From the NCBI GenBank assembly GCA_050747905.1, contig JBOGKQ010000005.1, positions 64,994 through 128,993 of the forward strand: a stretch of DNA of 64,000 nucleotides, written 5' to 3'. Position numbers and translations under genes: made by a program. Shown here one piece after another: positions 8,768 through 17,245 of the stretch. Under the pieces are notes generated by a model. It had not been told where the DNA came from. It ran no database searches and saw only the letters and a program-made list of their open reading frames with translations. Origin of the DNA: Terriglobales bacterium. GTDB taxonomy: Bacteria > Acidobacteriota > Terriglobia > Terriglobales > SCQP01. Each line of letters opens with the position of its first letter. The stretch's first letter is position 1.

Positions 8768-10026
8768 GCGTTGCCTCCCTCCGCTGTATCGGCTGTGGTG
8801 CCGTTACTGCGCAGCTCGGTCGAAGCTGCCGCTGCGCCACCTGCGGGGACCTGCTGGAGGTGGACTACGGCGACAGCCTGGCGAACCTTTCGCCCCAGCA
8901 GGGCCCCGCCCAGTGGCGCTCGCGGCGGGCCAGCATGCGGCCCGAGGACCGCAGCGGGGTATGGAGGTTTCGCGAGTTGTTGCCCATCGTGGAAGACGTC
9001 AGCCGGGCGGTTTCGCTGGAAGAAGGAAACACGCCGCTGATTGAGTTGCCGCGATGCGGCGCGGCGATTGGGGTGCGGCATCTCGCCGCCAAGCATCAGG
9101 GAATGAACCCGACCGGCTCGTTCAAGGACACTGGCATGACCACCGCAGTTACGATGGCGCAGGCAGCGGGTGCCGAGTGGCTGGCCTGCGCCTCCACCGG
9201 CAACACCTCGGCCTCGATGGCTGCCTACGCCGCGCGCGCCGGGCTGCGCAGCCTGGTGCTGGTGCCTGAGGGCAACACCGCGCCAGCCAAACTTGCCCAG
9301 GCGCTCGACTACGGCGCCGTGGTCGTGCAATTGCGCACCGACTTCGACGGCTGCGTGCGCGTCCTGGGTGAGCTGGTGGAGCGGCTGCCGGTGTGGCTGG
9401 TCAATTCGGTGAACCCCTATCGGCTGGAAGGCCAGAAGACCGCCGCGATCGAAATCATGGAGCAGAGGGACTGGGAACCGCCAGATCATATCGTGATGCC
9501 GGGTGGATACCTGGCCAACGCTTCCGCGCTGGGCAAGGGGGTGCTGGAACTGCGGCAAGGGAACCTGATTGCGCGGCTGCCGCGCATTTCCATCGTCCAG
9601 GCCGAAGGCGCCAACCCGCTGGTTCACAGTTGGCGCCAGAACGGGGGCAGGGAATTGAAGCCCGTGCGGGCCGCGACGCGCGCCAGCGCCATCCGCATTG
9701 GCAACCCCGCCTCCTGGAAAAAGGCGGTGCGGGTGCTGCGCGCCACCGGCGGCGAGTGCCTGGATGTTAGTGAAGAGGAGATCGCAGCCGCCAAGACCCA
9801 GTTGGGACGCGAAGGCGCGGCGTGTGAGCCGGCGTCGGCGGCGGCGTTGGCGGGCGCGGCGAAGCTGGCGCGCAGCGGGTTCATCCGTCCCGACGAGACC
9901 GTGGTGCTCGTGCTCACTGGGCACGGCTTGAAAGACCCGGAGTACACGCTCACCGAACTGCCTGCGCTACCGAGCCTGGAGGCGGATGCGGAAGCTGTGG
10001 AGCGCGCGCTGGGGAAACTGGGATGA
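8758..10026 (+). CDS. thrC: threonine synthase
   Basis: 422 aa. N-terminal CxxC..CxxC ribbon, NPTGSFKDTG PLP motif. Followed with 4-nt overlap by thrB. Confidence 0.9.
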   Translation: MALSVASLRCIGCGAVTAQLGRSCRCATCGDLLEVDYGDSLANLSPQQGPAQWRSRRASMRPEDRSGVWRFRELLPIVEDVSRAVSLEEGNTPLIELPRCGAAIGVRHLAAKHQGMNPTGSFKDTGMTTAVTMAQAAGAEWLACASTGNTSASMAAYAARAGLRSLVLVPEGNTAPAKLAQALDYGAVVVQLRTDFDGCVRVLGELVERLPVWLVNSVNPYRLEGQKTAAIEIMEQRDWEPPDHIVMPGGYLANASALGKGVLELRQGNLIARLPRISIVQAEGANPLVHSWRQNGGRELKPVRAATRASAIRIGNPASWKKAVRVLRATGGECLDVSEEEIAAAKTQLGREGAACEPASAAALAGAAKLARSGFIRPDETVVLVLTGHGLKDPEYTLTELPALPSLEADAEAVERALGKLG

Positions 10027-10928
10027 CTGAATTTCGCCTGCGCTTGCCGGCGACGTCGGCGAACCTCGGACCGGCATTTGATACCGCCGCGATTGCCTGG
10101 AACCGCTTTCTCACGGTGCGGGCGCGTCCGGCAGAGGCGTTTGCCGTCCGCGCACGGGGCCGCCAGGCGGCGCTTTGCGGTGAGCTGCGGCATCACCTGA
10201 TCCTCAGCACCTACGCCGAAGTGCTGCGGGACTGCGGCCGACCGGCAGCGCCGCTGGCGATGGAGCTGGAGAACGAGATCCCGATCGGCAAGGGCTGTGG
10301 CTCTTCGGCGGCGGCGCGCCTCGCGGGCACTGCGCTGGCGGCGCGTTTCGGGGTGCTGGGGTGGGATGCGCAGAGAATCTTCGAGGAGGCGGCGCGGCGC
10401 GAGGGCCATCCCGACAATGCGGCGGCGTGCTGGTGGGGTGGTCTGGTAGCCGCCGGAGCTGGACGCGGGGGGCGCATTGGATGGCTGCAAATTCCTTGCC
10501 CCACTGTCTGGCCGCTGCTGGTGGCGGTGCCCCGCGTGGCGCTGGCCACGGAGGCGGCGCGGGCGGTGCTGCCGGCAAACTACAGCCGCGGCGATGCCGT
10601 GGCGAATGTGCAGCATGCCGTCATGCTGCTGATGGCGTGGCGTGAGGGCAGGGAAGATCTCCTCAGCGCCGCCATGGTGGATCGCTTGCATGAGCCTTAC
10701 CGGGCCCGCTTGTGTCCCTTGCTTGCGGCCTTGCAGCCGCTGGCGGGTACGAATGGGGTTTTGGGGGTGTGCCTGAGCGGAGCGGGGCCATCGGTGCTGC
10801 TGGTGCTGCGCGCGGCGTCGGGGGCCGGCGCAGCGAAAGCGGCGCTGGCTCGCGCCGGGCTGGAGGCCGAGCTGATTGCCGCCGAACCTGTGCCGGCGGG
10901 ACCGGGCATAAGTTGGAGAAGGGAATGA
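10023..10928 (+). CDS. thrB: homoserine kinase
   Basis: 301 aa. PATSANLGPAFD and GKGCGSSAAA GHMP-kinase motifs. Confidence 0.9.
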   Translation: MTEFRLRLPATSANLGPAFDTAAIAWNRFLTVRARPAEAFAVRARGRQAALCGELRHHLILSTYAEVLRDCGRPAAPLAMELENEIPIGKGCGSSAAARLAGTALAARFGVLGWDAQRIFEEAARREGHPDNAAACWWGGLVAAGAGRGGRIGWLQIPCPTVWPLLVAVPRVALATEAARAVLPANYSRGDAVANVQHAVMLLMAWREGREDLLSAAMVDRLHEPYRARLCPLLAALQPLAGTNGVLGVCLSGAGPSVLLVLRAASGAGAAKAALARAGLEAELIAAEPVPAGPGISWRRE

Positions 10929-11080
10929 AAGCGGACGGCAAGCGCGTAGGCATCGGGATGGTGGGATTCAGCACCGTGGGGCGGGCAGTGGCTGGAAAAC
11001 TGGAATCGCGCACCGACGACATGGCGCAGCGATGTGCTGGCGCCTGCAGGTGCGGGCGGTGCATGAATGGCGCGCTGTGA
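10925..11080 (+). pseudogene. truncated remnant of homoserine dehydrogenase (N-terminal NAD-binding segment only)
   Basis: ATGA-coupled to thrB. MKADGKRVGIGMVGFSTVGRAVAGKL resembles the hom N-terminus (R/K-VGLLGxGTVG). The ORF ends after 51 aa and only about 300 bp remain before the next gene. Confidence 0.35.
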
Positions 11081-11221
11081 TCGCCAACGGTGGCGTGGAT
11101 CTGGAGCTTGAGACCATTCGCGGGGTTCGCGCCGCTTTGAACCGTGGGCAAAATCGACGCGAAGGGCTGCGAAATTCGGAACGGCGGCCCGCGCCAGCAT
11201 GAGCGGGGCTGGTTTTGCTCT

Positions 11222-12208
11222 CTAGTTCCAGCGGAGGTTGCGGAGTTGATCGAGGTTCACGTTGCCACCGCTAAGGACGCAGGCGACTTTGGCGCCGGGT
11301 GCGGCGGGAATCAGGCCCGCGAGAAGAGCGGCGACGGGCGCGGCGGCGGCGCCTTCGACCACCAACTTGCAGTGGTGCATGATCCAGAGCATGGCGTCGA
11401 ACATGGCGCTGTCGGGAAGGGTGACGACCTGTTCGACAAAACGGCTCACGACCCAACAGGTGTTTTCACCCACGCGTTTCACCCGCAGGCCGTCGATGAT
11501 GCAATCCACACGGTCGAGCGTGACCACCTGGCCAGCGGCAACGCTTTTCTGCATGCCGGGGGCACCGCTGGATTCGACGCCGAAGATGCGGATGTTGGGA
11601 TTGCGGGCCTTGAGCGCCATGGCGGTGCCGCTGATGAGGCCGCCACCGCCAATGGGGACGACGACCACGTCAACTTCGGGCCAGTCATCGTGAATTTCCA
11701 GGCCGAGCGTGCCCTGGCCGGCGATCAACTCGGGATCATCGAACGGATGAATATACGTATAGCCGTCGCGGGCGACCAGTTCGCGCGCGCGGGCGTCCGC
11801 TTCATCCCAAATGGAGCCGTGCAAGACGACTTCGGCGCCGTAGGCTTTGGTGGCCTCGATTTTGGAGGGGGTGGCGTTCTCAGCCATGCACACTACCGCC
11901 TTGATGCCGTGCAGCCTGGCCGCGAGCGCCACGCCCTGAGCATGGTTGCCGGCCGAGGAGCAGATCACGCCGCGCCGCTTCTGGTCATCGCTCAGATGCT
12001 GAAACTTGTTCAGCGGCCCGCGGACTTTGTAGGACCCGGTGCGCTGAAAGATTTCAGCTTTGAGGCGCACGTCGAAGCCGCTGCGCTCGCTCAGGATGCG
12101 GCTGGTGAGCAGGGGGGTGTGATAGGCGTGGGCGGCGACGTGGCGGTGGGCGGCGGTGAAGTCAGCGAGGGTGAGAGGCAGGCTCTCTCTTGTTCCGAGG
12201 GCGGGCAT
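11222..12208 (-). CDS. threonine/serine dehydratase (PLP-dependent, short form without ACT domain)
   Basis: 328 aa. FQRTGSYKVRGPLNKF (PLP Lys), SAGNHAQGVA, GGGGLISG. TAG stop. Confidence 0.85.
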   Translation of the reverse strand: MPALGTRESLPLTLADFTAAHRHVAAHAYHTPLLTSRILSERSGFDVRLKAEIFQRTGSYKVRGPLNKFQHLSDDQKRRGVICSSAGNHAQGVALAARLHGIKAVVCMAENATPSKIEATKAYGAEVVLHGSIWDEADARARELVARDGYTYIHPFDDPELIAGQGTLGLEIHDDWPEVDVVVVPIGGGGLISGTAMALKARNPNIRIFGVESSGAPGMQKSVAAGQVVTLDRVDCIIDGLRVKRVGENTCWVVSRFVEQVVTLPDSAMFDAMLWIMHHCKLVVEGAAAAPVAALLAGLIPAAPGAKVACVLSGGNVNLDQLRNLRWN

Positions 12209-12292
12209 TAGGGTGCCTCCTGGGGGCGGCGAGGGGTGGGGTGCAGGTGGTTTGGAAGGTGGTGTTGATTTCCTTCAGTACCTCCTTTATCT

Positions 12293-12499
12293 TTAGGCAC
12301 CTGCGCGGTGTCTATGATGAGATTGCGAGTTGACATACCGCTCCGAGGCATCCCGTACAACCCAAGCCAAAGACACCTTCTTCTGTTTAGCCAGGCCTGC
12401 GAGCGTAGTGTACAGACTGTGCGGGAAGCTGATTGACGCGCGCACCCAATCGGTGCTTGCGGCCTTCCCGCGCCCTTTCTGCGCCTTCTTCCTTGTCAT
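12293..12499 (-). CDS. ribbon-helix-helix (CopG/Arc-like) DNA-binding protein
   Basis: 68 aa. Basic N-terminus then ISFPHSLYTTLAGLAKQKKVSLAWVVRDA (beta-strand plus two helices). Confidence 0.6.
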   Translation of the reverse strand: MTRKKAQKGRGKAASTDWVRASISFPHSLYTTLAGLAKQKKVSLAWVVRDASERYVNSQSHHRHRAGA

Positions 12500-12559
12500 T
12501 GCCGAACGCTCCGGAATGCATCTTCACCACTGTACACCACCGCGGTGAATGGGAACATC

Positions 12560-13372
12560 CAGTGGCTGGCCTATTACCTGTAGCGGCGCGGTCGTCGGGG
12601 CGTTTGGGAACGTGGATGCAGGTGGGGATGGCGTCGCGGAGCTGGCGGCAGCCGTCGCAGATGAGCAGCTCGCCGCGGTCGAGCGGAGAGTAGAGCAGCA
12701 TGGCGCCGCCGATGCGGTCGTTGGAGGCGGAGGTGAAGCCGAGGTTGGTGGCGGCGGACATTTGATCGGCAAGGGAGTGGCCATCACCGTGGTCGGCCCA
12801 GGCGAATTTCCCATCCGCTACATGCTCTCTCGCCTGCGCTCCACCGCTGCCGGCCTCCGGCTGCGCATGCGCCTCGCCACCAACCCCGGCAACGTTGGCC
12901 ATGCCATGCACAAGGCGGCCTTCCACGGGCAAACCTGCACCCACTGAGTCAAACCGGAGCCCGCTCGCGTCAGCCCCTGCGCCCCACCACGATGCCTGCT
13001 GGCCCAGCGACCAGCACCCCATCGGCAAATCCACCTGCTTCATCCCTGGCCGCGTCACCGACCATGCCCTGAAGCGCCGGGTTAGCTTTCGCCAGCACAT
13101 TCCCGGGCTCGGCCCGCGGGCGCCCATGCACCAGCGCGGCGTCGGGCAGCAACTCCGCCGGTGCCAATTGTCCGAGCCGCCGCGGCGCGACTCAGGCAGC
13201 CAGCCGATGAGTCCGGCCACCGCCGCCGGGTTCGGCGCGAACCCGGCGGCCTCGGCCTGCTGCAGGGTGCCGAAGGTGCGCCGCTTCAGGTTCGCCGGCG
13301 CCTTCGCCAGCCGCGCCTGCCGCGTCTTGCCAGCGCCTCTGAAGTCCATGTACTCATGCGGCAGGTAAGGCG
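12560..13372 (-). pseudogene. terminase large-subunit-like remnant (fragmented across frames and too short)
   Basis: Walker-A-like DFRGAGKT (about 13323-13345). C-terminal motif SNDRIGGAMLLYSPLDRGELLICDGCRQLRDAIPTCIHVPKRPDD (about 12575-12720). Coding-like sequence switches frame at least twice between them. Confidence 0.35.
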
Positions 13373-13746
13373 ACGCCGTGCCACTTGAGCACCGTGGGTC
13401 GCACGTCGGGGATTTCTGCGCCGCCCTGAATCGCCCGATACTGCGCGAGCGATGCCCGCAGCGCGCCACGCTCGGCTGGCGTCAGCGACTCCAGCGACAC
13501 CTCGCGGTCGGCCGTCAACGCGTCGGACTGCAGCAGGCCCACCGCTACCTCGAGCGCCGTCACCGCATCGAGCGTCCGCCCCAGCCCATCGCGCACCTTG
13601 GCTTCCGGCGCGGTCAGCTGCACCCCGCTGGGCCGCTCGATGGTGTGCTGGATCCGCAGCAGCTGGGGCAGGTCGGCGTCGTAATCCGGACCCAGCGCGC
13701 CCCGCACCAGCGTGTAGAGCACGTCGCCAGCGTCTACGGTCTGCAC
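13354..13746 (-). CDS. phage protein fragment (coding-like, part of the frame-disrupted left arm)
   Basis: 130 aa with protein-like composition. The upstream continuation lies in another frame (AKVFAVTDRIGKFAGRPLDAAES | SPEGKHALASYD). Confidence 0.4.
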   Translation of the reverse strand: MQTVDAGDVLYTLVRGALGPDYDADLPQLLRIQHTIERPSGVQLTAPEAKVRDGLGRTLDAVTALEVAVGLLQSDALTADREVSLESLTPAERGALRASLAQYRAIQGGAEIPDVRPTVLKWHGVALPAA

Positions 13747-13852
13747 CGCCGCCCTGCTCCGCCGCGCGTCGTAGCTGGCGAGCGCATGCTTGCCCTCCGG
13801 CGAGACTCCGCCGCATCCAGCGGCCGCCCCGCAAACTTGCCGATCCTGTCGG

Positions 13853-14335
13853 TTACGGCGAAGACCTTGGCGAGTGGCCCACGCTCCGCAGTACTGCGAT
13901 CCCGCCGCTCGGCAACAGATCGGGCCCCGGCGCCCACGCTAGCGGTCTCGGGTGCCGCCGCGCCAATTCCGCCACCGCCGACGCACGCGCCGCCCCGAGC
14001 ATGTAGGGCGCCGTGTAGAAGACCCGGCTGAGCGGCTGGCGCCCTTTCCCTTGCCTCAGCGCGCCGTAATCCACGAGCCAGTCGTTGATCGCCAGCGCCG
14101 CCTCGCGATCGGTGTAGCCCTGGCGCGTCAGCGACGCGAACATTTGCAGGCGGATACCGGCGTCCAAAAAGTCGAATGTCAGCCAGTGCGGCAGGCCGCC
14201 GACCACCGCCGCCGCGTGCGCGACCTTGGCCGGCCCGGTGCGCCCCCACACCTTCTTGCGGGCCCGCTCGATCGCCGATCCCGCCTCGGCTGCCTCGGTC
14301 CGAAAGCGCGCCGCGCGGCCGAGCCGCGCGCGCAC
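13853..14335 (-). CDS. C-terminal fragment of the polyvalent virion protein, same frame as 14345-17245 beyond a TAG
   Basis: GLPHWLTFDFLDAGIRLQMFASLTRQGYTDREAALAINDWLVDYG is coding-like. Separated from the upstream ORF only by TAG 14345-14347 plus 3 codons. Confidence 0.45.
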   Translation of the reverse strand: MRARLGRAARFRTEAAEAGSAIERARKKVWGRTGPAKVAHAAAVVGGLPHWLTFDFLDAGIRLQMFASLTRQGYTDREAALAINDWLVDYGALRQGKGRQPLSRVFYTAPYMLGAARASAVAELARRHPRPLAWAPGPDLLPSGGIAVLRSVGHSPRSSP

Positions 14336-14344
14336 CGCGCCCGC

Positions 14345-17245
14345 CTAGACCGCGCGGTCGTAGAGCGCCCCGTGCCGCCCCAGCGACTGCGCCAACAGCT
14401 GTGGGTCGGTGAGGAAGCTGAGCGGACCGAGCCCGACGCGCAGCTCGGACGCCGCCGCCCTGGGCCGCAGCGTCAGCAACGCGCGCGAGCCCTCGACCGC
14501 ACCGCGGCCGGCCGCGAGTGCCCCCACGTTGTAGCTGTGCTTGAGAAAGTTCCAGAAGTTCACCATCCTCTGGATCTCCCACGCTGCGCGCCCCACGCGC
14601 GCCGGCAGGCTGCGCTGGTTGCGCGGCCCCACCATGTCCTCGATGGCGCGCGCGATGCGTTCGCTGACTTCCGGCTCGGGGCCGCCCATGATCGCCGCCT
14701 TGCCTTTGCCGGCCAGCGCCGTGTCGCGCGCGAGGGTAAAGCCCGGCGATGCCTCCGGCTCGATGCCGTGCGCTGGCGCCGCGGGATGGAACTCGCTCTT
14801 GCCCAGAGCCCCTATGTCTCCGAACAGCGCACGGTTGCTCGCAGCCTGCAGCGCACGGCCCAGGCGCTCGACCACGGCACTAATCGAGTCCGGGTCCGGG
14901 CTCAGTCCGCTCTGCTCGGCCTCGGCCAGCGTGGCGTGCTTGCGCGTCCGCATGTTCTGGTGCGTCTCGCTCAGCTTTCCCGTACCAGGCCCGCGGCTCC
15001 GCTGCGGCTGCTCCAGGTAACGGTGCGGGAAGTAGGGCTCCAAGACGCCTGGCGAGGCGCTCTCGATCCAGCTTGTTACCAGCGCGCCCGCCCCGTTCGG
15101 CAGCCGCGCCAGGCTGCCGCGCAACCGCGCCCGCCGGCCTGGCTCCATGCTCAGCAGGGCAGCCCGAATTTGCGCCTGCGGATTCGTGCTCCCGGCCGGC
15201 GCAAACTTGGCTCCGAGCTGGCGCCACGCAGCCAGCGCGGTGGCGAGCTCGGCGCGCTGCTCCGGCCCCAGCACCCCGGCCGCCATGCCCTCGGCGCCAC
15301 GCAGCGCCTCGGGCGTCAGCAGCCCGCTGACCACGTCGGTGAGCGTAGCCGCGTCGAGTACCCGCCTTTCAGCGACCGCCACCGCCTGCTCGCCCGGCGT
15401 CAGCTTTACGCTGCCAGGCTGCTCCAGCGCGTCGGCGACGCGCCGCAGGTGCGGCAGCGCCTCGGCCTCGGTCTTGGCCCCCAGCTCGCGTCTGGCCAGT
15501 TGGTAGAGCCGCTCCGCCGTACGCGTCTTCTCGAGCTCGGCGAAGTCGCGCCGTCCCGCCCAGGCGCGCAGCGCCTCGGTCGCCTTCGGGCTGACGCCGT
15601 AATACTTCGACACCATGCCGTAGGCTTTGTTGCCCACGGCGGCGACCGGCTCGGTCAGCTTGTCCCAGGTGTGGAAGAGCGCGGCGAACGGCCCGCGCTC
15701 GGGCTCGGCGCGGTAGGCGGCTGCTCCGATAAGCGCTTCCGGCTCCCCGGCACGCTCTGGAGAATGATCCCCCCCAACGGCATCAAGTTGTCGTCGAGGG
15801 CCCAGGTGCTGGGGCTGCGCTTCTGGGGATACCGGCGCCGGTCCTCCGCCAGCAGCGTCTCCAACTGCGCCAGGTTGCCCTGGTCCAGCGCCTGCCCCAT
15901 TCCGTCGTACAGGTCCGAGTCCGACAGCTTCCGCGGCTGCGCGACCACGTGCGATTCCGTCTTGGCCATTGCTCGCCTCCATGTGCCGCACCAGCTCTTC
16001 GCGCGCGGCGTTACCTTCTGCCTCAGTGAGCCCCAGCTCATCATACGCACCAATCAGCACGCGCACGCCCGCCTCCATCGCAGCCTGCAGCCGCACCGCG
16101 TCGCGGCGCTGAGCCCCGGAAAAGCCGCGCGCCGCGCCACGCTCGAGAGTGGACCGCAGCAAGGGCGCGTACAATGTCATGATGTGCCGCCGCGCTCCGG
16201 GCCAGCGCGCCAGCCACGCGCGCGCCTGCTCCGGGTTCAGCGCCGCAGACGCGCGCCCCCGGTCAATGGCGGCCTGCACCAGGTGCATAAGTTCTTCGAG
16301 GCGTGCCCGACGCATCATTGCCGCGTCTCCGGTGTGCCGCACAACGGCCACGCCGTTCGGGTTCGTGGTGAGCGCGTACCGCGTTTCCGAGTCCAGCGTG
16401 GCGCCCGCGAGCGCCTCGATGTCCCGACGCTCCAGCGCCACCGCCAGCGATCCTTCTGGCAGCGGGGCGAGCGTTCGCGCTCGCGCCTGGCTGATCGCCG
16501 CCCAGCTGTCGTCGCGCACGAGCAGCGCGTGCCCGACCGGATCCCATACCGCCGGCTTGGGCAGTGACGCGCTGCGTTCCAGATCGGTCGGACCGCCAGG
16601 AGGAAGCGCCGCCGGCGCACCGATCACCGCGAGCAGTGCCTCCCGCGGCGTCTCCGGCTGCGCGCCGAGCAGCATCTGACCGCTGGCATGGTGGCTGGCC
16701 GCCGCCGCATAGTCGGCGATCGCCTTCTGGAACTGGCGCGGAGCGTACCCGAGGGCCCGCGCCAGGGCCGCCGCCACTGGTGATGGCTCGGCGCCGAATA
16801 TATCCCGCTGCGATAGCAGATCTTCGATCGGCTCGTGCTCGGCGTGCGCCCGTGCCTGCAGCACCACCGCCTGCGCCAGCGGCGTCCTGATGTCCCACTC
16901 CGGCTCGGCCAGCGCCAGGCGCGCCAGTTGGGGCGCCGCGCGCGCAATCTTGGCCAGCGTCGCGGGGAGCGCCGCCTCGATCAGGTCAGGGTCTGGGAGC
17001 ACCGTGCCCACCAGCGCCTTGGTCACGAAGTCTTTTCCGCGCTCGGTCAGCGCTCCGCTCGCCTGCGATTGCAGCGCCGGCCGCTCCCGGTCCGTGATGA
17101 CGCCATCGCACCAATGCGCCCACCATGTCTTTGCCGTGCGCTTGCAGCACGTCCGCCAGGGTGGCGTTCGGGCCCAGCGCCGCCGCCCAGCCGCCAACAT
17201 GCTGCAGCGTCTCCGGCGAAATCTGGCGCCCGCGGCTGGCCGCAA
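14345..17245 (-). CDS. large polyvalent/internal virion protein, central fragment (genuine coding about 14345-17107)
   Basis: 966-aa ORF. The first about 45 codons are R/W/C-rich shadow sequence. The real sequence joins the upstream ORF by a 1-nt shift near 17108. Confidence 0.6.
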   Translation of the reverse strand: MRPAAGARFRRRRCSMLAAGRRRWARTPPWRTCCKRTAKTWWAHWCDGVITDRERPALQSQASGALTERGKDFVTKALVGTVLPDPDLIEAALPATLAKIARAAPQLARLALAEPEWDIRTPLAQAVVLQARAHAEHEPIEDLLSQRDIFGAEPSPVAAALARALGYAPRQFQKAIADYAAAASHHASGQMLLGAQPETPREALLAVIGAPAALPPGGPTDLERSASLPKPAVWDPVGHALLVRDDSWAAISQARARTLAPLPEGSLAVALERRDIEALAGATLDSETRYALTTNPNGVAVVRHTGDAAMMRRARLEELMHLVQAAIDRGRASAALNPEQARAWLARWPGARRHIMTLYAPLLRSTLERGAARGFSGAQRRDAVRLQAAMEAGVRVLIGAYDELGLTEAEGNAAREELVRHMEASNGQDGIARGRAAAEAVGLGPVRRNGAGAGPGQPGAVGDAAGGGPAPVSPEAQPQHLGPRRQLDAVGGDHSPERAGEPEALIGAAAYRAEPERGPFAALFHTWDKLTEPVAAVGNKAYGMVSKYYGVSPKATEALRAWAGRRDFAELEKTRTAERLYQLARRELGAKTEAEALPHLRRVADALEQPGSVKLTPGEQAVAVAERRVLDAATLTDVVSGLLTPEALRGAEGMAAGVLGPEQRAELATALAAWRQLGAKFAPAGSTNPQAQIRAALLSMEPGRRARLRGSLARLPNGAGALVTSWIESASPGVLEPYFPHRYLEQPQRSRGPGTGKLSETHQNMRTRKHATLAEAEQSGLSPDPDSISAVVERLGRALQAASNRALFGDIGALGKSEFHPAAPAHGIEPEASPGFTLARDTALAGKGKAAIMGGPEPEVSERIARAIEDMVGPRNQRSLPARVGRAAWEIQRMVNFWNFLKHSYNVGALAAGRGAVEGSRALLTLRPRAAASELRVGLGPLSFLTDPQLLAQSLGRHGALYDRAV

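Noticed and set aside
12320-12332. Possible att-type direct repeat: AGATTGCGAGTTG at 12320-12332 versus AGATTCGTGAGTTG at 47979-47992.
   Set aside because: The match is short and imperfect, needs an indel, and is not adjacent to a tRNA or integrase. It could easily arise by chance.
12387-13469. The 360-aa ORF as a single intact gene.
   Set aside because: Only its two ends look protein-like. The middle is W/C/R-rich, while another frame carries the coding-like sequence. I treated it as a composite of terminase-like fragments.
13952-16567. Very long ORFs antisense to the genes I called. Examples: 13952-16567 (871 aa), 8746-9924, 11144-12211, 25939-27192, 28451-29671, 46337-47545, 48115-49038, 54579-56513, 57716-58969, 59860-61452 and 61591-63309.
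   Set aside because: Their translations are Arg/Gly/His/Pro-rich with no recognisable motifs. They lie exactly opposite ORFs with clear family signatures. This is the usual shadow-ORF effect in high-GC DNA.
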